Shown: piece after piece, positions 39,844 through 48,843 of the stretch
Position numbering within the stretch: position 1 is the first letter of the stretch
How the letters are laid out: each line of letters starts with the position of its first letter
From: Promethearchaeota archaeon
Lineage (GTDB): Archaea; Asgardarchaeota; Lokiarchaeia; Sigyniarchaeales; SOKP01
DNA length: 64,000 nt
Direction: 5' to 3'
Assembly: GCA_016839745.1 (NCBI GenBank)
Contig: JAEOTS010000157.1
Location: 1-64,000, forward strand
Translations under genes and position numbers: made by a program
Notes under the pieces: generated by a model
The model's database searches: none
What the model saw: only the letters and a program-made list of their open reading frames with translations
Told to the model about the DNA's origin: nothing

Positions 39844-40584
39844 TTGATAAAAAGACCAAAAATGTCGAATATCATTATACAATCAAGAAAGTTCAGACGG
39901 AATTTCATAATTAAATTAATTCTTTTTATTTTTTCTCTTGTTCTCCTATCAGGAATATCGTTCTGGATAATCAAATTGTATGAAGAAGATGTATTCGATC
40001 TTGATATAAAAGCGCTTAGGTCATTTTTAACATATCTATTAATACCAACTATTGCTTTTGTATTAACACTCACAGCTCTTTCAATACAAGAATATAGAGA
40101 CTATTTTATTCGACGGAGCTATATTAATGAAGGGAGATCCTATCTAACTCTCGCGGATATATTCCAAAACGAAAATCGTTTAAATATCCTAAGACAAATC
40201 CTTAATAATCCTGGAATTCATCACAATGAACTCCTCCGAAGCTGTGATTTGAAAAAAGGTCAATTGCAATGGCATATAGATACATTATTAAAGTATAGCA
40301 TTATTAAAAAGGAAATATACGGACAATACACAATTTATTTTCCTGTCACATCATCAGCAGAAGCAATCGAAGCCTTTAAAAATCAATTTACTAAATCAAA
40401 AACTACTCTAGAAATATTGAACATAATTAGGAAAAGGCCTGGAATTAATTCTGCCGAGATTTCCCGCATTCTAAATCGTTCTCGTAATTCGATCAAATAT
40501 CATATTGATAAATTGGTTGAAAAACACCTAATAAGGTTAGAGAAGAAAGGGCGTAACATCGAATTATATCTATTATATCCATAA
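39844..40584 (+). CDS. Membrane-anchored tandem winged-helix transcription regulator
   Basis: Two N-terminal TM helices, then NENRLNIL..I..NPGIHHNEL....GQLQWHI..L and a second wHTH PGINSAEISRIL..SRNSIKYHI. Confidence 0.85.
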   Translation: MIKRPKMSNIIIQSRKFRRNFIIKLILFIFSLVLLSGISFWIIKLYEEDVFDLDIKALRSFLTYLLIPTIAFVLTLTALSIQEYRDYFIRRSYINEGRSYLTLADIFQNENRLNILRQILNNPGIHHNELLRSCDLKKGQLQWHIDTLLKYSIIKKEIYGQYTIYFPVTSSAEAIEAFKNQFTKSKTTLEILNIIRKRPGINSAEISRILNRSRNSIKYHIDKLVEKHLIRLEKKGRNIELYLLYP

Positions 40585-40736
40585 GAGAATCCAGTAAAAA
40601 ACGAAGGAAGAGAATTTCATCATTACAACTTTAGTAAAATTAATTTGATAATTGAGTTATTATTACATATTAAATTTAAATAAAAAGAAATTTAATTTAC
40701 AATAGTAATAAAATCGTTGAATTGGTGATATCTAAA

Positions 40737-41087
40737 ATGGCAGATTTAGAAAAATCAAAAAAAATATTTGGAATTATATGGATTCCTATTTTAATATTTT
40801 TATGGATTGCTTTTCCTTTCTTTCCGGGAGACATCTTCTTTTGGATGTGGCTGGCTATAATTTGGAGTATAATCGGCGGAGTAATAGGCACGATATTTTT
40901 CATGAGCGAGAGTAAAAGAAATGAAAAACTAATTGGGACTATTTGGGCAGTTATATTAGTGATTTTATGGGTTTTTTACCCGTACTTCCCTGGTGATGTA
41001 TTGGCTTGGATGTTGACTGCGATAATTTGGAGCATCATCGGCTGTGTCTTAGCTATAAGCCTATTTTTTCTCAAAAGAAAGAAATAA
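40737..41087 (+). CDS. Small 4-TM membrane protein made of two homologous halves
   Basis: GIIW..ILIFLW..FPFFPGD...W...AIIWSIIG repeated as GTIW..ILVILW..YPYFPGD...W...AIIWSIIG; SD GGTGA. Confidence 0.75.
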   Translation: MADLEKSKKIFGIIWIPILIFLWIAFPFFPGDIFFWMWLAIIWSIIGGVIGTIFFMSESKRNEKLIGTIWAVILVILWVFYPYFPGDVLAWMLTAIIWSIIGCVLAISLFFLKRKK

Positions 41088-41182
41088 TTAAAGAAAACAG
41101 ATTATTTATCTCATCTTTAAATTAAATTCCTTTTTTTTTGATTTAACATTAACTATTCCTCCACATAGTAGAGATATTAAAA

Positions 41183-42064
41183 CTAGCTAGTAAGTAGTTT
41201 TGGAAATCGTTGTTTCATTGAAAGTTCTTTCTGGATTATTTCATCAAGTAATTCTTCTCTTTCTTTACCAGACAGTATTTCTAACTTCCGTATTTTTAAT
41301 GGATCAACTTTTTCTCTTAATACATTAATCTCTTTCACTGTTGGAGGATTTGTCTCTTGAACCTTCTCAGGGATGACCAAATCAAACCCGGTTGATTTTT
41401 TAACATTATCAATATCAACGCCAGGATGAATTGATACTAACCGCATACGCTTGGTTTTTTCGTCAAAATCCAAATATGCTAAATTAGAAACCATTGATTG
41501 TGGTCCTGCTCCACCACATATAGAATTTTTACCATCAAGGAACCCCACTCCGGAAATAAAATCTAATTTTTCGGTTGGAACAAATGTTCGTGAATCGTGA
41601 CGAGGTGTATACAGGAAAGATCCTCGAGTGTAAAACATACTAAAGTCAGCTATCCCCGCACAACCCGGTAATCTTATTTTTGGTTTGTTGTAGTCTCCAA
41701 TACAAATATTATTCGTGTTACCGTATTGATCTACTTGTGCCGGTCTAAAGAACTCAATGGTAGTAAGTTTATCTGAAGGAAGGGACTCTAACGTGCATTC
41801 CCCAGAATTTTGAAAGCGATAGGCTCTAGCAGTATTCATTTCTAAATAGAGTAAAGAAACTTGGCGAGGTTCGTCGACAAAAGTATTACCCATAATATAA
41901 TGAAATATAGCATTTGGTGCGTGGGTCATTTTTGCCAAAGTGAATGCCGCCCATACGCAAGGAGTCGCCACTCCGACAATCATTACATCATCATTTCGAA
42001 CTTCCCTTGCCATTAAAACTGTTATCATTTCATCAATGGTATAATCTTTAGAAGAATCACTCAA
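41183..42064 (-). CDS. CoA-transferase family I beta subunit (GctB/IpdB-like)
   Basis: AQVDQYGNTN..CIG..RLPGCAG, LDFISG, SIHPGV, TGFDL. Confidence 0.85.
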   Translation of the reverse strand: MSDSSKDYTIDEMITVLMAREVRNDDVMIVGVATPCVWAAFTLAKMTHAPNAIFHYIMGNTFVDEPRQVSLLYLEMNTARAYRFQNSGECTLESLPSDKLTTIEFFRPAQVDQYGNTNNICIGDYNKPKIRLPGCAGIADFSMFYTRGSFLYTPRHDSRTFVPTEKLDFISGVGFLDGKNSICGGAGPQSMVSNLAYLDFDEKTKRMRLVSIHPGVDIDNVKKSTGFDLVIPEKVQETNPPTVKEINVLREKVDPLKIRKLEILSGKEREELLDEIIQKELSMKQRFPKLLTS

Positions 42065-42226
42065 TAATTATCCACTTACAGGAGAGTATTTTTTTAATCG
42101 AGAATTTTAGTATTATATTTATTTGGGAGATAGAAAACATTTAAGATTTTCTAAGAGTCCAAATAATCGTAAAAGTGTTGAAAAAAGTAAAAATTGAAAA
42201 ATTATTTGATATTTATCTAAGTAATT

Positions 42227-42838
42227 ATGTACATTGTCTGTTTTGATTTAGAGGGCGTTTTTACTCCTGAAGTATGGATTGCGGTAAGTAAAGCTACTGG
42301 AATTGATGATCTTAAATTAACTACCCGAGATATCTCTGATTATGATGTCCTTATGAAAAATCGAATCACAATACTGAAAAAAAATAACATAACTCTTAAA
42401 GATATTCAAGAAATAATATCGAATATGGATCTATTACCTGGTGCGAAAGAGTTTTTAGATTATATTCGAACTGTAGCACAATTTGTTATTGTAACCGATA
42501 GCTTTATCGAATTTGTAATGCCTTTTATGAAGAAATTGGGATTTCCTACTTGTTTTTGTCACAATCTAGAAACTAATGACGAAGGTCTAATAATTGATTA
42601 TAAAATTCGAACTAGTGAGATGAAAAAAAAGACAGTTTTGGCTCTAAAAAAATTAAATTACGAAGTGATAGCAGCAGGGGATTCGTACAACGATGTTTCT
42701 ATGTTATTAGAAGCAAAACATGGTATTCTGTTTAGACCTCCAAAAAATGTTGTTGAACAATTTCCAGAACTCCCGGTTGTTAATGAATATGATGAATTAA
42801 AAGATATGATTTCTAAATATTTAGAATCTTCTTATTAA
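42227..42838 (+). CDS. thrH: Phosphoserine phosphatase/homoserine phosphotransferase (HAD)
   Basis: FDLEGVFTPEVWI, TTRDISDYDVLM, AAGDSYND, GILFRPP. Confidence 0.9.
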   Translation: MYIVCFDLEGVFTPEVWIAVSKATGIDDLKLTTRDISDYDVLMKNRITILKKNNITLKDIQEIISNMDLLPGAKEFLDYIRTVAQFVIVTDSFIEFVMPFMKKLGFPTCFCHNLETNDEGLIIDYKIRTSEMKKKTVLALKKLNYEVIAAGDSYNDVSMLLEAKHGILFRPPKNVVEQFPELPVVNEYDELKDMISKYLESSY

Positions 42839-42854
42839 GTTATAATCAATAGCT

Positions 42855-44213
42855 CTAATCTTGAAACTCTTTTAATAAAAATTCTTTAAAGTCTGAATAA
42901 TTACTAATTTTTTTAGGGTTTGGAAACTCGGGCTTGTCCTGTATTAACTTCAAGGATTGTGGCATTTCTGGAATGATATTGATTAAATTTATTATATCTT
43001 TAGGAAATTTTGAAGGATTAGCAGTTTCAAAGGTAATTGATTTCACATCATTATTTTTCGGATAATTATTACGATAGTTCTGGAGTGCAGCCCATCCAAC
43101 AGCTCCGTGAGGTTCTATTATTTTCTTATATTCCTTATAAAAATTTACAATTGTTTCTTTAGTTAATTCATCGCTTATGGAATACGAAACGATATCTTTA
43201 CGAAGTTCCTCCATATTTGGCATTCTATGTATTAGCCCTTTCTCGTCTATTTGACCTCCATAAAGATCAAATATTCTTGCTAAGTTGGAAGGATGACCAA
43301 CATTCATTGCATTAGATATGCAATTTATCGATGGTTCGACTTTAGTATAAACTCCCGTCCTTAGAAATGTTGGAAATTCGTTGTTTTCATTAACGGCTGA
43401 GATAAATTTCTTAATAGGAAGGCCCATTTTCTTAGCAATTAATCCTCCAGTAAGATTTCCGAAATTTCCTGAAGGAACTGAGAATATAACCTCTTCGTTC
43501 TTTTTATCAATAATTCTGGAGCAACTCCAAAAATAATAGAGTGTTTGAGGTACCAATCTTCCAAAATTTATAGAATTCGCGGATGATAAATTAATATGAC
43601 TCAGCTCTTTATCAGCGAAAGCAGTTTTTACTAGCCTTTGACAATCGTCAAATTTACCTTTAATACCAAGAGCACTTACATTTTCACCTAGCGTCGTCAT
43701 TTGTTTTCTTTGTAAAATACTAATCTCATTTTTAGGATACAAGACGACAACTTTAATTCTAGACATTTTATAAAATGCTTGAGCAACAGCTCCTCCAGTA
43801 TCTCCTGAGGTCGCCGTTAAAATTGTTATATTCTTGTTGTCGATTTCAAGAAAATGTTCCATTATTCTAGCTAACATTCTAGCTCCAAAATCTTTGAAGC
43901 TACTTGTAGGACCCCGATCTAAATAACAGATGTAATCATTATTTGCAATCCTTTCTAAAGGGATATTAAAATTTAAGGCATTGTTAACGATTTGCTGAAG
44001 TTTCTCTTCCGATATAATATTTCCAATGAATTTTAAAATAACTTTAATAGCGATATCAGGAAAATTCATGTATTTAAACGATTCAATCGTTTCATCAGTT
44101 AAGGTAGGAACGCTATTTAACATATATAAGCCATTGTCTAAAGCTTGACCTTTTAAAACTACATTTTTGAAATCTACATCTGAGGAATTATAATTTGTGG
44201 AGTGAAAACTCGT
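42855..44213 (-). CDS. thrC: Threonine synthase (E. coli-type), probable ACG start
   Basis: GPTSSFKDFG, ATSGDTG, SANSINFGR, VPSGNFGN; the conserved N-terminus FHSTN...GQALDNGLY lies upstream of the track start at 44123. Confidence 0.92.
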   Translation of the reverse strand, partial: TSFHSTNYNSSDVDFKNVVLKGQALDNGLYMLNSVPTLTDETIESFKYMNFPDIAIKVILKFIGNIISEEKLQQIVNNALNFNIPLERIANNDYICYLDRGPTSSFKDFGARMLARIMEHFLEIDNKNITILTATSGDTGGAVAQAFYKMSRIKVVVLYPKNEISILQRKQMTTLGENVSALGIKGKFDDCQRLVKTAFADKELSHINLSSANSINFGRLVPQTLYYFWSCSRIIDKKNEEVIFSVPSGNFGNLTGGLIAKKMGLPIKKFISAVNENNEFPTFLRTGVYTKVEPSINCISNAMNVGHPSNLARIFDLYGGQIDEKGLIHRMPNMEELRKDIVSYSISDELTKETIVNFYKEYKKIIEPHGAVGWAALQNYRNNYPKNNDVKSITFETANPSKFPKDIINLINIIPEMPQSLKLIQDKPEFPNPKKISNYSDFKEFLLKEFQD

Positions 44214-44231
44214 ATCAAATACCTCTTCTTC

Positions 44232-45269
44232 TTAACTTTCTTCTCTATTTATATATTCTCTTTCTTTAACTATACTAATAAGATCGTTTAAGATCGCAGC
44301 ACCCGCTTCAAGACCCCCCGCTCCTTTTCCCATTATTATTATTGATCCTGCGTATTTCGTTTGAAGTTCAATAAGGTTTAATGTTCCTTGGACATTCAAG
44401 GGGGAATCTCGTTTAACCAACCTTGGTTCTACGACTAAACTATCATTTTCAGCAATAGCTAGATGTTTTATTACGTAACCGTCTAATTTAGCTAATTCTA
44501 ATGCATGTGGGGTGATCTCAGTAATTCCTTTAATACTTACATCTTTAATAGATTTTGACCATCCTAATAATTCGTTTGAGAGAATTACTAGTTTTCCCGC
44601 TGTGTCATAACCATTAATATCTAAGGTTGGATCCGTTTCCGCATATCCTAATTCTTGTGCTTCCTTTAATGCTACTGAAAAAGAGATGCCTTCAGCCGTC
44701 ATCCGGCTTAGAATGTAGTTATTTGTGCCGGTCAATATTGCTCTAATTCGAGAGATAGTATTTCCTATAAGATTATGTTTTATAGATAAAGCAGGAACAC
44801 AACTTGCTACCGTTGCTTCAAATTTTACCAGACAACTCATCTTATCGGCTAAATTTTTAATTTTATTGTACTGCAAATAAAAAGGTGCTTTATTTGATGA
44901 AATTACATCGATATTATTACTTAAAGCTTCTAATATGTGGGTTAAACCGGGTTCTCCAGTGTCTGGATTTGTAGGAGTGGTTTCAATACAAATATCTATC
45001 TCTAGAGTAGAAATTAAATCTTGAGCTTTCAAATTGCTTTTCCAGTATTGGTTTTTCCTTAAATTAGATTGGTCCCTTAAAAGATCATCTATATCTATTC
45101 CATCACTATTAATCAGAGAGCCATCGTGTTCGAAAATTGCTACTAATTTGGTGTTAAAATTGAATTTATCTACAATGTTCTCTCGTTTTTCCTTCAATAG
45201 TTTAAGAAAATTAGTTCCAACATTTCCCATTCCAATTAAGCAGATTCTTACTTCCATACCTTTACACAT
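44232..45269 (-). CDS. hom: Homoserine dehydrogenase
   Basis: GMGNVG, SNKAP, FEATV, AQELGYAETDPTLDING.D.AGK. Confidence 0.93.
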   Translation of the reverse strand: MCKGMEVRICLIGMGNVGTNFLKLLKEKRENIVDKFNFNTKLVAIFEHDGSLINSDGIDIDDLLRDQSNLRKNQYWKSNLKAQDLISTLEIDICIETTPTNPDTGEPGLTHILEALSNNIDVISSNKAPFYLQYNKIKNLADKMSCLVKFEATVASCVPALSIKHNLIGNTISRIRAILTGTNNYILSRMTAEGISFSVALKEAQELGYAETDPTLDINGYDTAGKLVILSNELLGWSKSIKDVSIKGITEITPHALELAKLDGYVIKHLAIAENDSLVVEPRLVKRDSPLNVQGTLNLIELQTKYAGSIIIMGKGAGGLEAGAAILNDLISIVKEREYINREES

Positions 45270-45279
45270 TAATAATTTA

Positions 45280-45771
45280 TTAGGACCGTATCAAAAAGAG
45301 TTTCTTCTCTTTACATATACTTTCTATTTCATTAACTAACTCGAATTTTGCCATAACTTCAGGAAATTCTACTTTCATTATAACACTACTTATTTCTTCA
45401 ACTTCAGTGAATTTAGCGTGTAATTCAAGAACTTTAATGTTCTTTGAATCCAAGCGTTTGATGGTTTCTGTTATATCTGTGTCGAAAACATGTCCAGTTA
45501 ATATAAAAGTCAAAGTTTTATTTTTGGAGCCTACTGAAATTTTAGTAATCTGAATATTTTTATCCGTCAAATCTTTTTTTATGTTCTCTAGCGATACTTG
45601 AATTAGATCCTCACTTAGTTCAAACCATATATCTACGGGGATCATGTTATTAATTTTTTTATCATGATGGTGTAATACACCATAGATATTTCCCCCATAC
45701 TGGGAGACTGGTCTAATCAATTCTATTAAACTTCCCGGAATATCCGGTAATTTGACTTCTAAATAAATCAT
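45280..45771 (-). CDS. Tandem ACT-domain regulatory subunit of homoserine dehydrogenase
   Basis: LPDIPGSL...GGNI...H; GHVFDTDI.ETI; directly upstream of hom. Confidence 0.8.
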   Translation of the reverse strand: MIYLEVKLPDIPGSLIELIRPVSQYGGNIYGVLHHHDKKINNMIPVDIWFELSEDLIQVSLENIKKDLTDKNIQITKISVGSKNKTLTFILTGHVFDTDITETIKRLDSKNIKVLELHAKFTEVEEISSVIMKVEFPEVMAKFELVNEIESICKEKKLFLIRS

Positions 45772-45966
45772 TTTTGATATAAATCCTAATTTTTTTGAGC
45801 AATAAATTCAAAAATTAATATCATATATAATAATCCATTTGGTTTACAATTACAGTATCAAAATACACTTTTTAACTTTTCTACGAATAATCTGGAATTC
45901 AAAGGCTTGAATAATTAGTTAATCTCTTATGAATTATACCTAATAGCTTAAGATTAGGCTATAGTT

Positions 45967-46827
45967 TTATAATAAAATGTTTAATATCATTTCTGCGCCA
46001 CCCGCATTATCTAAATATTCGGCGTTCGATTTTACATCAATGAATTTACGTTTGTATTCTTCAAAATTCAATTTAAGATATTCTTGGATATGAAGTGCAT
46101 CGAATGTATAACGGTCGTAACACGAAGTGGGATGAGCTCCAAATGGTATTTTAACAACAGCGTCACAAGTTTGCATAGGTAGTTGTGCTTTCCCTTGTAA
46201 ATATCTGATGTCTTCCGTTTCAACTAATCTTTCGCAGGTAATTATTGTTTTTTTTGCAGTTTTGGCCATATCATCATCCATCCAAACTGCTCCTGCTATA
46301 TTTCCATTACCAGATTCATCCGCATAGGGGACATGTAAAATTGCAACATCTAAGTCTATTTTAGGTAAAGCCATCAATTGAGTTCCAGAACCTAAAGGAT
46401 CTTCAAATTGAATAATGTCTTTTCTAACTTTGGGAAAATCTGTTCCAATAATCCCTTTTAAAGGCATGAAAGGAACTTTTAAATAAGAACCTTTCAACCC
46501 TAAAGCTATGGATGCTTCACTCTCCTCAGAAACTTTAATATTACCCGATTCAACAGCTTTACGGTAATATGGAGCCATACCAAAGATTTCCATTCCTACA
46601 AAACACGCTCTAACTTCTGAAACACAATTAGCCGCAACCAGCATATCTACTTCAATTCCTCCTACAAATGTGCATATTGACAAATTCTTTTTTTTTTGTC
46701 TGATAATCTCCCTACACGCACTTATTGGTTTTCTCCAAAAAGAAAGCCCTCCAATTCCAACCAGATCACCATCTTGAACATAAGTAGAAATTGCATCATC
46801 TAAGTTCATTATTTTGCTTTTTCGAAT
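45967..46827 (-). CDS. CoA-transferase family I alpha subunit (GctA/IpdA-like), probable ATT start
   Basis: SKIMNLDDAI...VQDGD..GIGG, PFMP..G..GTD, DVAILHV..AD..GN, PFGAHPTSC. Confidence 0.88.
   Translation of the reverse strand: MRKSKIMNLDDAISTYVQDGDLVGIGGLSFWRKPISACREIIRQKKKNLSICTFVGGIEVDMLVAANCVSEVRACFVGMEIFGMAPYYRKAVESGNIKVSEESEASIALGLKGSYLKVPFMPLKGIIGTDFPKVRKDIIQFEDPLGSGTQLMALPKIDLDVAILHVPYADESGNGNIAGAVWMDDDMAKTAKKTIITCERLVETEDIRYLQGKAQLPMQTCDAVVKIPFGAHPTSCYDRYTFDALHIQEYLKLNFEEYKRKFIDVKSNAEYLDNAGGAEMILNILL
46769..46811. repeat. Direct repeat copy A (5' end of the CoA-transferase alpha gene)
   Basis: 41/43 nt identical to 56551-56593. Confidence 0.9.
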
Positions 46828-46870
46828 TTTTTATCTCCTCACTTCATTAAATTTATAGAATTCTATTGCC

Positions 46871-47638
46871 TTAATTTTTTTTTGTTTTTTCTAATTGCTT
46901 CTTTAATTTTACAAAATACTCCGGTGTAGATACCTGATAAGGAATCGGATATCTTGTTCCTGCTTTATGAGTTTCCTCCATTCCGTGAACAATTTCATCT
47001 AAAATGTCAATAGGTATTGATGCTATTAAATCGGAATCCGTTGCCTTCCCGTATCGACGATCACCAAGGCAAGGAAAAGCAATCTGCAAATCACCTGTAA
47101 GCATCGCATTTGATATCGTATCTGCGCATACACCATCACAGAAAGTAGTCATTGAAATCCTTCCTCCTCTTTTCCATAAATAACCTTGAATTATTCTCAT
47201 AATTTGAGCAGAATTCCCCCATATTAAGATTAGATCAGGTTCAAAGTCTACACGACCCAAAGTTCCTGAAACTATAGCATTATATTGTCCAAATGGTAAC
47301 TTAGGCATTGTAGATGTGGTTTTTTTAGCCGCTTCTTTTGTTTCATTGTATCGTCCAACAAAAAAAGCACCCTCTTCGAATAGTTTGTGCGATTTTTCAA
47401 ATCCAAGAGATATTCCAGCTAAGGGGCATACATTATCCTCCTTTACACACCCTATTGTCCATCCGTAATACCTAGTATAACTGAATATTTGACATAGTGC
47501 AATTTTCTTTTCTGGTTTTTTTAAAAATTTAATATCATTCAATTCTTTGGGATTCTGTAGCAATTTTACGGCAACGGGGAAAGTAGCTAACCGAAGATAT
47601 TTATTTAGGTTGTTATCTATTTCTTTATATTTACTCAT
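46871..47638 (-). CDS. DUF169 family protein
   Basis: LRLATFPVAVK, CQ...R..G, CP.....LG, PD, C.D, PCLGDR. Confidence 0.85.
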   Translation of the reverse strand: MSKYKEIDNNLNKYLRLATFPVAVKLLQNPKELNDIKFLKKPEKKIALCQIFSYTRYYGWTIGCVKEDNVCPLAGISLGFEKSHKLFEEGAFFVGRYNETKEAAKKTTSTMPKLPFGQYNAIVSGTLGRVDFEPDLILIWGNSAQIMRIIQGYLWKRGGRISMTTFCDGVCADTISNAMLTGDLQIAFPCLGDRRYGKATDSDLIASIPIDILDEIVHGMEETHKAGTRYPIPYQVSTPEYFVKLKKQLEKTKKN

Positions 47639-47721
47639 ATAATCACATTTAATTCATTTATTGATTAATTTATTTCTTCACCTTTCAACATATACTCTTC
47701 AAATCACTGAAATTAAATTTT

Positions 47722-48690
47722 TTAAGGAGGATATCTCAGTTCATATATACTTTTTCCACCATTGAGTGGTCCCTTAACATAAGCTTCAATTTCTTTAGGA
47801 TTTCTCTGTGTAATGCCTTCGATCGGTGGTAATTCTCCTGGCGGGAATGTTTTTAATATATCATTAACTAATTTTTCTAAATAATCTAAAAATGCTTCCA
47901 TGCCCGGCTTACCTTTTTCAAAACTTGCCTTACTTGGACATCCTACATGACCTTCAGGATATGCTGCAACCTCAATTGGACCAAACCCTACTTGACCATA
48001 CCATTTAATTGGTTTTTGGTATATATTTCCAGCCTTATCAACATGTCCATCAGGCATCCAACCAACTACTTCATTATCTTCACAAGAATCAATTTTCTTT
48101 ACCATTTCAGGAAAAAGTGTCATTGAAAATGAGGTTTCTGCCTCATCTGCATGAATAAAAGGCGTCTCAAAAGGACCTCCATGTTCTTTATCCATACAAT
48201 CCTGTGGAATTGCGTGATACCAATTAACATTACAAATGACAGCTGGTAATTGATAATTTTTTGCCCATTCATGAATAGCGCTAGGAATCACATATTCTTG
48301 TCCATGACCATTTAAAAGAATTATTTTTCTAAAACCCATGTTCCATAAACCAGTTATAATTGCCCGTAAAAGTCCTTTAAATATTTTTTCCGGTACAATA
48401 ATAGTTCCTGGCATCCCCATATGATGATATGGATGTGAACCGTACCATGTTGGTTGAGCAACCGTACATCCTGTTTTTTGTGCTACTAATTCTGCCATTC
48501 TAGTTACAAGAAATGTATCTTCCCCAATACATGCTGCAGGACCGTGATTTTCTGTAGAACCAACAGGTATAATGATTACATCATTCTTTTTAACACGCTC
48601 ACGAATCTCAGCAATGCTCATATTTTGCAGATAAATTCCATCAGCTTTATCTAAGTGTCCTCCTTTAGGAGGTAAGTTCCATTTACTCAT
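47722..48690 (-). CDS. iolN: 3-dehydro-scyllo-inosose hydrolase (creatininase family)
   Basis: PVGSTENHG...GEDT, WYGSHPYHH.GMPGT, NGHGQEY, FETPFIHADEAETS. Confidence 0.8.
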   Translation of the reverse strand: MSKWNLPPKGGHLDKADGIYLQNMSIAEIRERVKKNDVIIIPVGSTENHGPAACIGEDTFLVTRMAELVAQKTGCTVAQPTWYGSHPYHHMGMPGTIIVPEKIFKGLLRAIITGLWNMGFRKIILLNGHGQEYVIPSAIHEWAKNYQLPAVICNVNWYHAIPQDCMDKEHGGPFETPFIHADEAETSFSMTLFPEMVKKIDSCEDNEVVGWMPDGHVDKAGNIYQKPIKWYGQVGFGPIEVAAYPEGHVGCPSKASFEKGKPGMEAFLDYLEKLVNDILKTFPPGELPPIEGITQRNPKEIEAYVKGPLNGGKSIYELRYPP

Positions 48691-48843
48691 AATATCTCAA
48701 TTACTATAATTATTTTTATGATTTGTTATAATTCGATTTCTTTAATAAATTTATTAGTTTAGAGCATTTTTGGTAAGATGTCGCAAGCTCTTGTACAGAA
48801 ATTGTCCTTTTAAGGCATGTTGAGGTTCATTTAATTAAACTCA

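Noticed and set aside
48691-48843. Slightly GC-richer gap between uxaE and iolN (possible gene relic)
   Set aside because: No recognisable homology or structure could be established.
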